A stretch of DNA of 64,000 bases from Raillietiella orientalis (Eukaryota), in the NCBI GenBank assembly GCA_036172245.1, contig JAYWIR010000011.1:1178001-1242000 (forward strand), in the 5' to 3' direction. Both the position numbers and the translations under genes were made by a program. This document shows, piece by piece, positions 11,280 through 23,682 of this stretch. The first letter of the stretch is position 1; each line of letters begins with the position of its first letter. The notes below the pieces were generated by a model. That model was not told the DNA's origin and did not search any database. It worked only from the letters and a program-made list of their open reading frames with translations.

Positions 11280-14200
11280 TTGCCGGACATTCAGAAAATA
11301 AATATGCTCATGCAATGGAATTCCTTATAATCATTAGTTGTTCGGTTGCAGCTTTGTTTGTATTAATTGCCTTCATGTGTTCATGGTGCCTAAAAAAAAG
11401 ATGGAAGAGGTAAGTATTTGTAAATCTTTTGGATACAACTGCCAACCTTGATAATTTTAATCTGTTACACCTTATACTTTCAATACACTTTACATAAGTT
11501 AGTGCTCTGATGAATTTTGTTCCAGTATACCAACCATGACAAGAGAATCAAGCACCCACCTTGTATATGATGATGTTGTTGTGGAAGACAAAAGGTGACT
11601 TAACATTGAGTGTTTTGAAACGTGCTAACATAAAGAGTGTAACTTATCCTGGAAATTCTGGGAAAAGTTGTAAATATCACTTCATTGCTGGAATTGGGAT
11701 TTTAATTCTGTATTGAGAGCTTGATTAGTCATGTTCTAACAAGGTCAGTTTCAAAACCAGACTATACCTGGTGACTGATAATTCAATTGCTGTGTATTGA
11801 TTCCATTATTCATTTCAAAAGGTAGATCTGGTTTATGGATGACCCCATATTTGTGTTATATTCTACTACGCCATTTGTTGTTTGAATTTTCAAACACTTT
11901 AGTTTGTAGTGGATGCTATGGTCATGCCAAATGAATGAGTGCCCTCTGTGATCAAGTAAAAATTTAGGCTAGCATCCTGAGTGCTGAAACTTCTAAACTT
12001 GTTAATGTATACAATGGAAATTGACATATTTTATGACTGGAGAATATTGAGACAGATATGTTAACACCTTTAGAAGTACAGTTTTCAATGATATCTGACA
12101 AAATGCAGCCTGGAATTTCCATTTTTATGCAGAGTTGACATTTCAGATAGTTTATGTTGCTCACTTGTTGAGAGTATGTGTTTTGAAATTTCATCTTTCA
12201 AACACAGTCACTCACACAATGAGCTGAGACTCTCTGAACTACTTTTTGCTGTATACAAAGGCATTATTCTCTGGAGAACTATTCACAATTAGTTTGACTT
12301 TGCTTGTTTTGTTCAGATTAAATTATTCAGTCATGCTGTGATGCATTTTTGTATTTCCATTATCAAGCAGGTGTGCAGTTTATGTGCTCCCATGAAAATA
12401 TTAGCCAAATAGCATGAACTTGTTGCAGTTGCATATGAAGATTCTTGAATGCTTTTGATTATGCTTTGAATTAAAGGATGCAAGGTACCACAAATGCAGT
12501 CATGCTAAATGCACTTTTTGAAAACTAAGCATTCAGGAATTGCACTATATTGTAAGGATTTGATAACAAATATTTTCATGAATGCTTCCTTATTCCCAAA
12601 TGATCAAGAATATTAAATGATCCGATTTTATGTGCTAATCTTTTAAATTTGTGAAACCTGATTCTGGATGATCTTTGGCCAAAAAACTGCAGGACAAAAA
12701 GAAAAGCAAAATTGCATTAGCTGAATCATTCCCTATTTACTAATTGAAAATAAAAACAACTCAGCTGGATTTTTAAAGTTCTAGCAGCCAATAAGTAAAC
12801 TGAATGGTGCATTTGGATCCTTGAAAATATGGAACTATTATTTGTTTTTTTCTCTCTCTCTCTCCCTTCTTAAGAGGAAGATTTTAATGTATGCTTTTTG
12901 TTGTTGTGGCATTTTCCAGTCCAGTATAGAATGGTTCGTTTCAAATTACCGTACATGTTACGTGTATTTCCCATCATGTAAATACTGAACTGAATTTCAT
13001 TTTAGGAATTTTGCAAATGTGATACAAGTAGCCTCCGTTGAAAGCCTGCTGACATCAGTAAACGAAACGGATGACAGGATATTGACAGGTAAACCAACAT
13101 ATGGAATAAGATCCCCGAAATAATTCGTTAAAAAACAAAAAAAAAAAAAAAAACATTGTAATGTGAGCCATTTGGCGATGTACCTTGTTTTCTTCTATTA
13201 GAAAACGGCAGGAAAAATGTTGATTGTGCATGTGGGGAGGGGGGGGGGCATGCAATTAATATTTAATGTGTAAAGCCTGGATAGTTTTCATCTCATATGA
13301 CTATCATCATTTGTACTCTCAGATGCTTCAGCGAATGTTACGAATGATACCGACGTTCCCGCTCATCCAGAGAATGATCCAGATGAAGAAAAAATGAGGT
13401 ATGGATTGCATAAAGGTTTTAGTCGAGTACTGAATGCAGTGGACGTGGTTCCCGAAAGGCAGAGCATGGAGCTCTTTGAGTATAACTGATTCGGTGATTT
13501 CGAGTGTTTTGTGTGAACCCGGGACCGCCCCGTGCGTGAACCACCACAAACCACCGTGAAGACGAAAAAGTCTGCGGGTCACATGTAGCAAAATATGCTC
13601 TCCTTGAGGGATTCCGGTCGGCAAAGCTTGCACATCGTTTGCGAGCCCGGAGCCGGAAAATTCCAGGGGGTCCTGGACCGGACGGGATGCGTATTCTGGC
13701 GCCGAGCGGTGCGGTGGCTCATACCGATGGAACTACTTGCGTGCCTCTTAGCCGCCGCCCAGTAGTGCACCGTCGAGCGTGCGCGTGCTCGTGTTGGGGA
13801 GGATGGATTTGGACATTCCCCGTGGCGGTTCTCCCGAGTATCGTTTTTCCTCGCGCAAGGAAGCTTGAACGTCGCCAACCTCGATTTGTTCCAACCGAGA
13901 AGTACTCGTCCTCGTCCCGATGTTCTTTGCTGCCGTGCGTGATGTGTGTGTGAGAGGATGCTTATCTGTACCAAAACGATAAAAAGCAGTCCCTCGCTGG
14001 AACAAGGTTGAATATTGCAGGGGGAGAATGCAAACGGTTCTTTGGCGAATTCAATCGGAATTGTGCGCACCACGGGTTGTGCTCCCCCTCCCCCCGTTTG
14101 CGGTCACCAAGTTCGGGGCACCATCAGACATGACCTTATTTCACCTGTTTCGTGTGGATGCTTCCGTGCTGTGCGAGATGGGGGGGGGGAGGGGGAACAA

Positions 14201-15723
14201 GTGGCGGTTCCCATGGGTGGAGGTGAGAGAGAGCCAGCCCTCGTAATAATTCTGTAGGTAATCGTGATTACATACCCATCATGCCGCAGATGTACACGTG
14301 TGGCGCATACCACCCGTCAGAAATGTTGGTAGCTTAGCTCGTTTATTTACATTGCTGCATTACGGATGAACCGTCCGCCTCCATTCAACACTTTGCGTTG
14401 CAGCACACCAGATGTGTTCCTACCAAACGCTTCCAGTCGTGAAACTTCTGCGGAGGTGGTGGCTGACGACCCGGCAGCAGGTCAGGATGCAGCTCGTGCA
14501 GAATGCCACAGCGTGGAAGCTTTTCCGACCACGTACACGGAGCACTTGGATGCCATGTATGATTCAAGTTAGTGAGCATGTAATGTTTGACGGTTTGTGC
14601 ACTGGAAGTTTGTTTCAAATGCTACATGATTTTTTCGTCCAGAAAACTACACAAAGTTGATAATAAGAGAGCCGCTGGAGTTGATTCAAGCGTCCTGCAG
14701 AACGATGGGTGCGAAGAACTCCGACGTGGGCGTCACCGAGGATTCTGGTAAGTCGGCGCGGGAGTTCAGAACTTCAAAAGCATATTAAACAGAAATTCTC
14801 GTGTTCTTCCAGACGAAGTGTATGCCGCCATCGACTCCGGGGCCTCTACTGTGGATAGTGAAACCTACTGCAGGATCGAAACGCGTGCCGACCCCCCGGT
14901 CCCCCCGAGCCTGGACAGTCTGAAAATGCACGTCTCCTGCGGCGAAAAGTTCCCCCCCGCCAGCGGTAAGCAGCTTCCGGCCAGCTATCGAAACGAAACG
15001 GGCAGAGCAGGCAAAAGGGGTCGCTCGCGCGACCTCGCACATTGCAGAAGCTCTCTCGGTTGCGGGGGTCTCTCCCTTGCCGCCACGGCTTCGGGCGAGG
15101 GAATGGTAAAAGGTGCACATTTCATTTTAGAACTGCAAGCAAAGCTAATCAGGAGGGAGTTGAATTCCCCTTTGCCTCCTGCGCCCGATGCGAATGCGGA
15201 AGCCTCGTTGGACGATTTGTACGCCAAGGTTCAGAAATCCGGCAGCAGATTCAGCAGCCCCGAATGTGACGCGCAAAGCAACAGCGCGGCCGCAAGCTGC
15301 GCCACGGCATCAGCACAGGAAGCCATGGACTCGAGCTGCGGTCACGCGGACGTCTGTGTTCCGGCATCGCACCACATTACCGACGACCCCAATTACGAAA
15401 CCATAAAATCGAGCATGGACGATTCCGATGTGGGATATGAAGTTGTTTTGCCCTCTTATACCATAAAAGCTAATAATGAGTTCTCAGAATCATTATGTGG
15501 CAGCCCTAATTACGAAACAATTCAAGAGTGTGTTCAGGAGCACGGATACGAAACGTTAAGATCGCAGACCTTCACCCCCGAATCAAATTCCAACTGCGAA
15601 GGTCTGCATGCATTTGAATCACCAACAGACCCCTTTTATGAAAAAGTGCAAACACCCCATTATGAAACTGTGCGCTGCCCTACTGATTACTTGCCGAATT
15701 CTGGTAACGAACCTCAGATGTGA
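11280..15723 (+). CDS. Putative single-pass palmitoylated transmembrane adaptor protein (PAG/Cbp-like architecture)
   Basis: Phase-consistent GT-AG exons 11280-11409, 11526-11594, 13006-13088, 13323-13398, 14404-14567, 14643-14747, 14813-15723. Start is ATG 11315 or an upstream exon near 10917. Protein has MEFLIIISCSVAALFVLIAFMCSWCLKKRWK, then a disordered acidic tail with YDDV, YAAI, YAKV, YETI x2, YEVV, YETL, YEKV, YETV. Confidence 0.7.
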
Positions 15724-16367
15724 ACAGCTACGTTACTGCCACAGTTACCGAGTCGCCGTCACCTTGGCATCACCTGTTCTTGTATGCCCTCAACCAACAA
15801 ATACTCAGAAGATAATGTACCTTACCTTTCCGCCTCTGCAATGCACTTTGTATCAAATAGGGGGAGGGGGGGTACACTTTTCTTAAAGCATCAGATAAAA
15901 AAAAGCTTTAAGATAAAAAGATGAAAGTTAAAGGAGAAGAAGAAATCAAGGTACGTTTAAGAATGAAAAACGGTCATTATAATTTCCATTTTTTATTAAA
16001 AAGTACAAAAATATCAAAAGATTTAAATATAAAATGATACTACAATGAGTATCTATCAACTGTTCTCATTTTACAAAGAAAATAAAACCGATATATATTT
16101 AACAAATGTACAGTATTTTAATTGCTAGTGCATGCATATTAAAATATAAAAAGGCACAGCACTGAGATTTATCTAAAATTATCTAAAAAAATTTTAATCC
16201 TTGGTTAGTAAATTACAAAAAACTGTAATTAAATTCATCTCCTCCTTTTACCTTCTTCTTTAATTTTTTTTTTAAACATGATTTTAAAATGCTAACAATA
16301 AATGAAAAACCGTATACCTTAAAATATTTTAGTTTGCAAATGCTGAAAATGGAAATGCCCATGAGAG

Positions 16368-16400
<33 letters not shown>

Positions 16401-16776
16401 CTGGGCAAATGTAATCTCATCTTGATTTCGAAAAGCTAACATGATTGGCATGTCTGCAAACACTCCATTCATTGCAGTCACATAAATTAAAACATTGCGA
16501 ATTCATAATTCTTTGTGATTATTAATTAGCTGATTGTCACTATGTTCATGGTTTTACAAAATTTTCATGAGAACATTCCGTCCATTTTGGAATTTGTGAT
16601 GACAGGAAGACCAACAAAATGTTCACTATATAAAACACATCAAAAACAATATGCTGGCAGAAAAATCACAAAATTCCAAAAAAAAAATAATCTTCCAATA
16701 AAATTGGCTGAATTAACCAAAAGGCCTCCTTGTCCACAAATACTTTTCAAATGGAGAAGAAAAAAAAAAAAAACTC

Positions 16777-19700
16777 TCAAATTGTTGATTTGGAAAAAGA
16801 AACCCGCAAATGATTTGATTCACTTAATTGATGGTTGTGCATTTTCTAGAAGAGAAAAACCGGATACAAATTAGAAGATAAGTGAATTTGATTCTTACTA
16901 TCAATGCAAGGACTGCTTCCTCTACAGAATTTAACTGAATGAGGGCCATCTTGTGATCTTTTCTACAATGAAAAAAATACACAAGCGTATGTAGCACAAA
17001 TGATTTGAAAAACGATGCACTTGCATTATACATGCAAGTCAAGCCTACTACTTACGGAAAGAATTTGAATGCCTTGATTTCAAAACCATCTTTCTCAAAT
17101 GCTGCCAAAATGTCATCCTCGCCTACGCTAGGTCTATTGCTTTCTTGTAAAACTCACACTCCAGTAAAATCAACTTACGGAATGTTGGATAGATGCAAGG
17201 TTGCTGAGGGAGGATAAATATTCTGGTAATTTTTCGAACCAGGCTTTTTGAAGCGATGCAAACTAGAATTAGTGAAATCTTTAGTCAACCCAGCATCTGG
17301 CTGTCCTTCTTTTGGCATCTGCACGCTTTGGTGTTTGGAAAAAATCACTCTAATTTGTTTTCCCCAGACCTTCAGTTTATCTAAATGGTTCAATGCTATA
17401 GAAAACAAGTAGAACTGCCAACATTTACTTAAGCATTCAATACCTATCTGTGCATGCAGGGGTTCAGCCATTTGAATCAGTGCACTGTCTTTCTTATTAA
17501 ACAAAACCTTCACACGTTGCACGTCACCATAAACCCCTGTGGATAATGAAATGAAAAAACAAGACAACGATTGAAAATAAAATGAACTACATATAAATTG
17601 CATTATAATTTGGGAAAAAATTAGGTTGCAGTACTTCTTGTCATTTGCAATTTAAAAATAAAGGATAATGCATTAGGTGAAAGTAATAAATCATCTATTT
17701 ACTCAAAATTTTAATTATACAAATAAAAAAATAAAAGAGAGAAACATACCAAAGAGGGTAAAGAGAGCATCTGGTGTTACTGCCTAATGCATGAAGACAT
17801 AGGCAGAACGTGTGAGCGTTGAAGAGGTAGTCAAAGGTGAAAAATTTTATCCAATAGATGGCATTAGGGAGCACACCAGCAGACAGGAACAGCACAGCAC
17901 AGAATCAGTGGTGAAAAAAGCACGCATTGACAAGGATTCGTCAGTGAAAAAACATTTAACAAACAATTTTAATTTAATAAAAGTATATTGCTACTAAATG
18001 AACTTATCTCAGCTTTTAATAATAAAATGCAAGTAATTTAGAACTAGACTCTTAAAAGCAAAATTAACAAATTTCTTTTGACATTACAACTATAAGAGAA
18101 TTGTGTTTCATACCTCTTCATCCAAATTACTAACCAGCAAAACACACCCATACTGGGACTGGGATGATGATCTTACACCTACAGCAGCCAGAGCCGCCAT
18201 TACATTTCCACCCAATGGCATTCCACCTACAGCCATGCCTTTAAAATACGAAAATCAATAAATGATACATCTCAAAACACACATCAAAACAGACTAATTG
18301 CTATTATTTCACCTTCCGCACACACAAATTACATTTTCGAACATACCTCCAGAACTATTATAAGGAGCAGCTGCTAAAGGTGAACTCAGTCCCATTGGAT
18401 TGAGTGATGCTAACACACCAGGAGCTCCTGTTTAAAGAAGTCTGTACTTAAAAACTAATACAGAACAAAATGCTATGAAAAAAGATTTACTAGACATTAA
18501 ACATGAACTTATGCAATGGTACTTGCGGGATTAAATTTACAATCAGTCATTAAAAACATTGTGAAACTTGTGAAATAAAACCATCCCAACAAAACTTTCT
18601 ACATTTGTAATGTGAGGCTTACCTAAACCAGGATGACAGGAGCAGTATCCCCCCAAAGAACAATTTGCTGAATAGCCATAATTCTCATAACAAGAGCTCC
18701 CTCCCCCCTGACGACAGAGGCTTTTGGTTCCACAATTCCAATCCTCTGTAATCAAAGGAGCAGGAAAAAGTCCAGGGGAAGGATTGGGGCTTGGTCCAGG
18801 AGGTGGATATAGTAATGAAGAATCCCATAGACAGGTATCAGAATGTGAATCATTTCCATTTGGATTAAGAGAATCATGTGATTCTTTACATGTGCACAGT
18901 GAGGAAAATTCTGCAAGGTAAGGGCAGAAACCACAATTCCAACAAAAAGGATGGGATGAACTACAAGGAGCAAGGCAGCAATTTTCTAACAGCGACGTAC
19001 AATTATAAGGTCCCATTTCTAATTACATAGAGAAAGTGACTTAAGTGGAGGTTTGGTTGCTAAATGATAATTTAAGGCAATTGCACATTTTTTGTAGAAT
19101 GACATTTTGAAATCTGTGACAAAAAAGTCTAGCTCTTTTCATTCATGCTTTCCTTTTTCTTGTGTACTGTTATTGTTTCTTTTGGACTCACCAGTTAAGG
19201 AAGCTATCGAATCTAATGCTGCATCACCAGTTGGCAAGTTTGGATTTGTGTAATCTCGACTTTTTTCATTGTTGTATTTAACATTTAAGCTGGATAACTT
19301 AGAATATTCGATTCTCAATGTACAACAGGCATTGTATATATTTTGTCCATCTAAAGACTATGAAAAAATTAACATAACACACTTAAAGTGTAATTAAAAT
19401 GTACATTTTCATCAAACACCACAAAATAAAACATTTAGTTAATACCACAAAATAATAGTTATCTTAAAAAATTCGATAAACACAGTATTATGTTCTCAAT
19501 ACATAAATAAGGAACTACGAAAACTACAAAGCATACCAATTTAGCAGCCTGAGCAGTCACAACATCTGGATACTGAATTAACGCTTGGAATGTATCTAAG
19601 GAAAAAATGCCATAAAATACAACCTACACCAAAAGTAGATACATACTGTTTTTGGTGAATGTAACAATTTTCAATACTTTTCCTACTCTTGAGAATATCT

Positions 19701-22700
19701 GAAAAATAAATGAAAACTGCTACCTTTAAGCACTTGTAATAAACCTGATACAAAACATCCAAAGTTACTGGATACACCATGTGTTCGATTATAACCCTGA
19801 GTACAGTATTTGGACCTCCTTGAGTATCTGCATGACCAGCAAGAGCTTGAGCAGCTTGAAGAGCTGCCTGTGCAGATGCATTCTAAAACAGGAAAATAAT
19901 TTGGAACAAATGTAACTCGAACATAGCATTTTGAAATATGCAATATATTTTGAAGTTTATGTTGAAAATGTTTAACTTTTCTACATACTGCATTGGAGTG
20001 TGTTACATCAGTTTTTAGTTCCTTGTGATTTGAAAACTGTACATATACAGTTCTGTTGCGCAGCTGTGCAGCACAATTAGTAAAATAACTGACCATTGTT
20101 GTTGCTGACACTTCATCACTCATTTCCAAAAATGCCTGCCCAAAAACATTTTTAAGGAATAATGATAACATCCAACATTACTTGATTTTTTCCTTTCAAC
20201 ACCAACACATTAGTTACTCTTCCAAATGGAATTCCCAAATGAACAATCTCAGCTTCGGTTACTTCATTTGGTATGTTCCTTATGTGGACTACACGAGATG
20301 GCTTACCATTTGCCTGAGTTTTAGGTTCCAATTTTACCTGAAAACATTTACGAATTGATGAACCGTATTCGAAAACTGTTTACACTTGGGGGGGGAGAGG
20401 ACTTTTATCTGTCACTGTACCTTTTTGGCATCATTGCTGCTATCTGTGTGATTTTCTTGAGGGCTCATGACAGCACCATTACTTACAGCATTACACTGAG
20501 GCAAAATCTCTTCAGACCCACGCTACAAAAAATTATAAATTGCAAACAATTGCAAAAAAACCTATAGCACTCTTTGGAACAAACACAATTAGCAAATTCA
20601 CCAAAAGCATCTTATTTTGCAAGTTATGAAACAGGAATTCAAACCATAGCATTCCACATCAGCTTGTTTCTTTGCTTTCAAATTTGTTAGCTACTTAAAC
20701 ACATTGCACAATTTGGAAGTGATTCATCTAGAACGCGTTATGTAAAATGAGAGAAATCTCGTTTAGAAATCTGAAAGTTTCTATCATGGAAGATACCACT
20801 GCTAAACTTTCAAAAATTGCTGACTTTTGGTTTCATAAATACATGAAATGTTTTGACTGTTTACTGACAGTTTTAATGAAAGAAACTATACCTCTGGATT
20901 GAATTGATGTTTCGATTTACGCATTACAAAACTACCACTTGGCTTGGAAAATGTTCTTCAATACAATACTCCAAACGTTTTTATCGTTAAGATACTACCA
21001 ACAAATATTGTCTCGTTACTTTTTTTTTTTTTTTTTTTTTTGCAATGAAGGTATTACATTCTGACCATTTGTGCTAAAGTTCATGCCAAGTTCATTTGCT
21101 AGCAAGTGGCTTGAAAACTTTGCTTTCAAAACTTTCAAGACACAAAAACAATTTGCTTATAGGCTATTATCGGTGTACAATAAAAGTTACATTTACAGTG
21201 TACCACGTACTTATATGTATGATGGTTTCGCAAAGTGTTAGCAATGTCATTTTGGTGGAGGGGAGGGGGATTAAGAAATAAAAATTCATGAGTGCTTAAT
21301 AATACAAAATGCCGAAATAATTTGCTTACATAACCTCAACCAAAACTAGGACCAGTAGCATTAAAGCAATTTTATCATAGCAGTTGGTGTTTTTGTGTAC
21401 TCAACACCAAACACTCTAAAATAATTGCATTTTTTTTTTGGAAGAAAATAAAAAAACTTTAAATGTCCATATCTAAAGCAATAAGACACAATGGTTCGTT
21501 GAAGATTGTTTTCTTAAGATGGATACCACCATATTACCAAACATTTAACTCCATAGACAAATGTGCATTTAAACACAGGCATGTAATAAGCACACACATA
21601 AGCACACTTTTTCTTTACGTTTACACAGCACATTTAGAGAAAAGCTACCTGAATCTCAACTTTCCCAACAGTGAAATCATGAAACGTAAGTTTTCGTGCG
21701 ATCGAACTAAAGTGCCTTATGACTTGTACCAAGATTGTACCAAAAAAAAAGATGTTACACATTTTGGACAATTTGAGTACTTTCAACTATGCAACACCCG
21801 ACTGTATTTGCATGACCATGTGCTCCGAACGGCATGAAACTATGGGTGGCCTAAGGCTCGGTGGGTTGGTTACTTTTATCAAAAGTGAGTTGACTAAAGT
21901 GATGTCTGTAGACAAATTCGGCTTGCCCATGCCAAGCGTGCTGGAAAAAATTTACGTTAGGAATCCCAACGAAAAGCTTTGGGAAAAAGGGCGTGGGGCA
22001 CACAGGGCCCAATTAATGAGAAAACGATACAGCACATCAACTGAACACGGTACAGAACCTGGATCTTAATGAGCATTACTCTCCACGAAACAAAAAACCT
22101 TGCTTTTATGTTCAATCAAAATACCTTTCCAAAACTCATAAATCCAGTTATATATTATTTAAAAGTCGTAAAGGTTAGTAGAAGGGCGGGAAAAGAATTT
22201 TGGTTAGCATACTCCAATGCAAACAATTCACAAACTAAAAAACCGTGTTCTAAAAGAAACAACTCAACAATAGACCGCTCGACAACACATTCTATCGTTA
22301 CTACCAGAAATTCATTTACAAGATGCTCTGCAATAAAGATGCCGAAAATCGTCCAAATGATTTACAAAGTGTGAGGTGATATTTTCTGGGACTTGTATAC
22401 TGAACCAAGACTCGGTACGGGTTACTTATGACTGCAAAGGTAAACGAATTCCAACTTCATTTAACTTTTTTTTTTTTTTTTTTTTGAATGTTTACTCTGA
22501 GTTTATGAATGTAATGTTCAGATAACAGGTTTTGTTACACAGTTGAAATATGATACGGTAAAATATTCAAACGCGCATTACATGCAAGTTTCACATAATT
22601 TTTAGCTGTATTTCTTAATTGCAAATTCCCGAAAAATTCAAGATGAATACATTCTTATTGCTAATTTATTTTCAACCTAAAATTTACTGCCGAAAGAATC

Positions 22701-23637
22701 TATAAGTAGAAATAAATTGTGACTACCTTGACTCCTGGAGTTAGAATATCCCTGAAAAAAGAAAAAACAGTGTAAGTTCATTTGGAAAATCAAAGTTAAC
22801 AACAATCATAGATTAAAAACGATATCTTTTATAAAAGTGAATTCAAGTTTTAGAAATCAAGTTAACAAGTGCAAAAACCGGAGTGTAAATGATACGTAAT
22901 TACAAAATAACCTAACTGTTGAAACATAATGACCTTACACACACTTGGATACACAAACGAAACGTCGATTGCAAAAAAAAAAACTGATGGCAGTATATAT
23001 ATTTTGGATCGTTTAGCTCTTGGATCGTGAACAAATCAGAGCATGTACTTTTTACAAGACCACTGATAACAGAAGTGTCTCGAAATTTACATATCTACTC
23101 ATCCACTTGAAGCTGATCTACACAGTCGCTTTACAATAATGCCAACGTTCGCATTATGCTTTTCACTTTTACTGCAAAATCAACTTTTAACCCACACCAA
23201 GAGATCGAAAACTGCACGTTAACGGACACGAAGCAATCGTTAAAATGAATCAGGAGCTTGCAACACGCAAATTAATTTTCATTCCCAACTACTGGCACTC
23301 GAAACGAACCTACACCGCGACATATCACTTTTTAACAGTTGCCGATTTTTCGAATTCACAAATTTCAACTTGCACAAACAGAATTCAAGTTACATTGCGC
23401 GAATCCACGATCAGAAGTGTTACATCGACTTACCCATTCATATTATTGCAATTGCAAGATTTTATTTTGGTTTTTTTCTAACACTAAAAATGAGCAATAG
23501 GCACCCTTGCACAACTTTGCACAAGCAAGCAGGCGTTCAGCTACACAAAAATTCAACATGGCGAAGATAACGACAAAAAACAAAGTATCTAATTGCGAAT
23601 CTTGAGGATCGATCTGATCGTACGTTGAGAAGTACAT
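16777..23637 (-). CDS. heph: Polypyrimidine tract-binding protein (PTBP1/hephaestus orthologue), 4 RRMs
   Basis: Exons: (23637-23624, candidate start MYFST), 22751-22727, 20522-20421, 20337-20182, 20135-19989, 19882-19745, 19698-19647, 19595-19537, 19357-19192, 18427-18347, 18238-18114, 17783-17750, 17536-17444, 17395-17179, 17133-17056, 16962-16899, 16845-16777. Diagnostic peptides [74 protein letters not shown]. First exon is tentative. Confidence 0.95.
17750..17990 (-). promoter_or_regulatory. PTB 34-nt cassette exon with extended AG-exclusion zone and distant branch-point candidates
   Basis: Exon 17783-17750 is 34 nt. No AG on the sense strand from 17786 to 17990. CACTGAC at 17946-17940 and CACTGAT at 17910-17904. 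Confidence 0.75.
18623..18910 (-). other. Candidate alternative in-frame cassette exon of PTB (288 nt, 96 aa, Cys/Pro-rich)
   Basis: Acceptor TTTCTGCCCTTACCTTGCAG, donor G|GTAAGC. Phase 1 on both sides, matching the neighbouring exons. No stop codon. Confidence 0.6.
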
Positions 23638-23643
23638 GGGGCA

Positions 23644-23647
<4 letters not shown>

Positions 23648-23682
<35 letters not shown>
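23648..23682. repeat. (AAT/TTA)n microsatellite just 5' of the candidate PTB start codon
   Basis: About 11 TTA units read directly. Confidence 0.9.

Noticed and set aside
16367..16400. T14-A20 self-complementary tract in the PTB 3' region as a functional hairpin
   Set aside because: Homopolymer runs are common across this window; nothing else supports a function.
17396..17443. In-frame read-through of a 48-nt PTB intron in the ORF track
   Set aside because: Canonical GT-AG intron; removing it restores the conserved RRM3 sequence.
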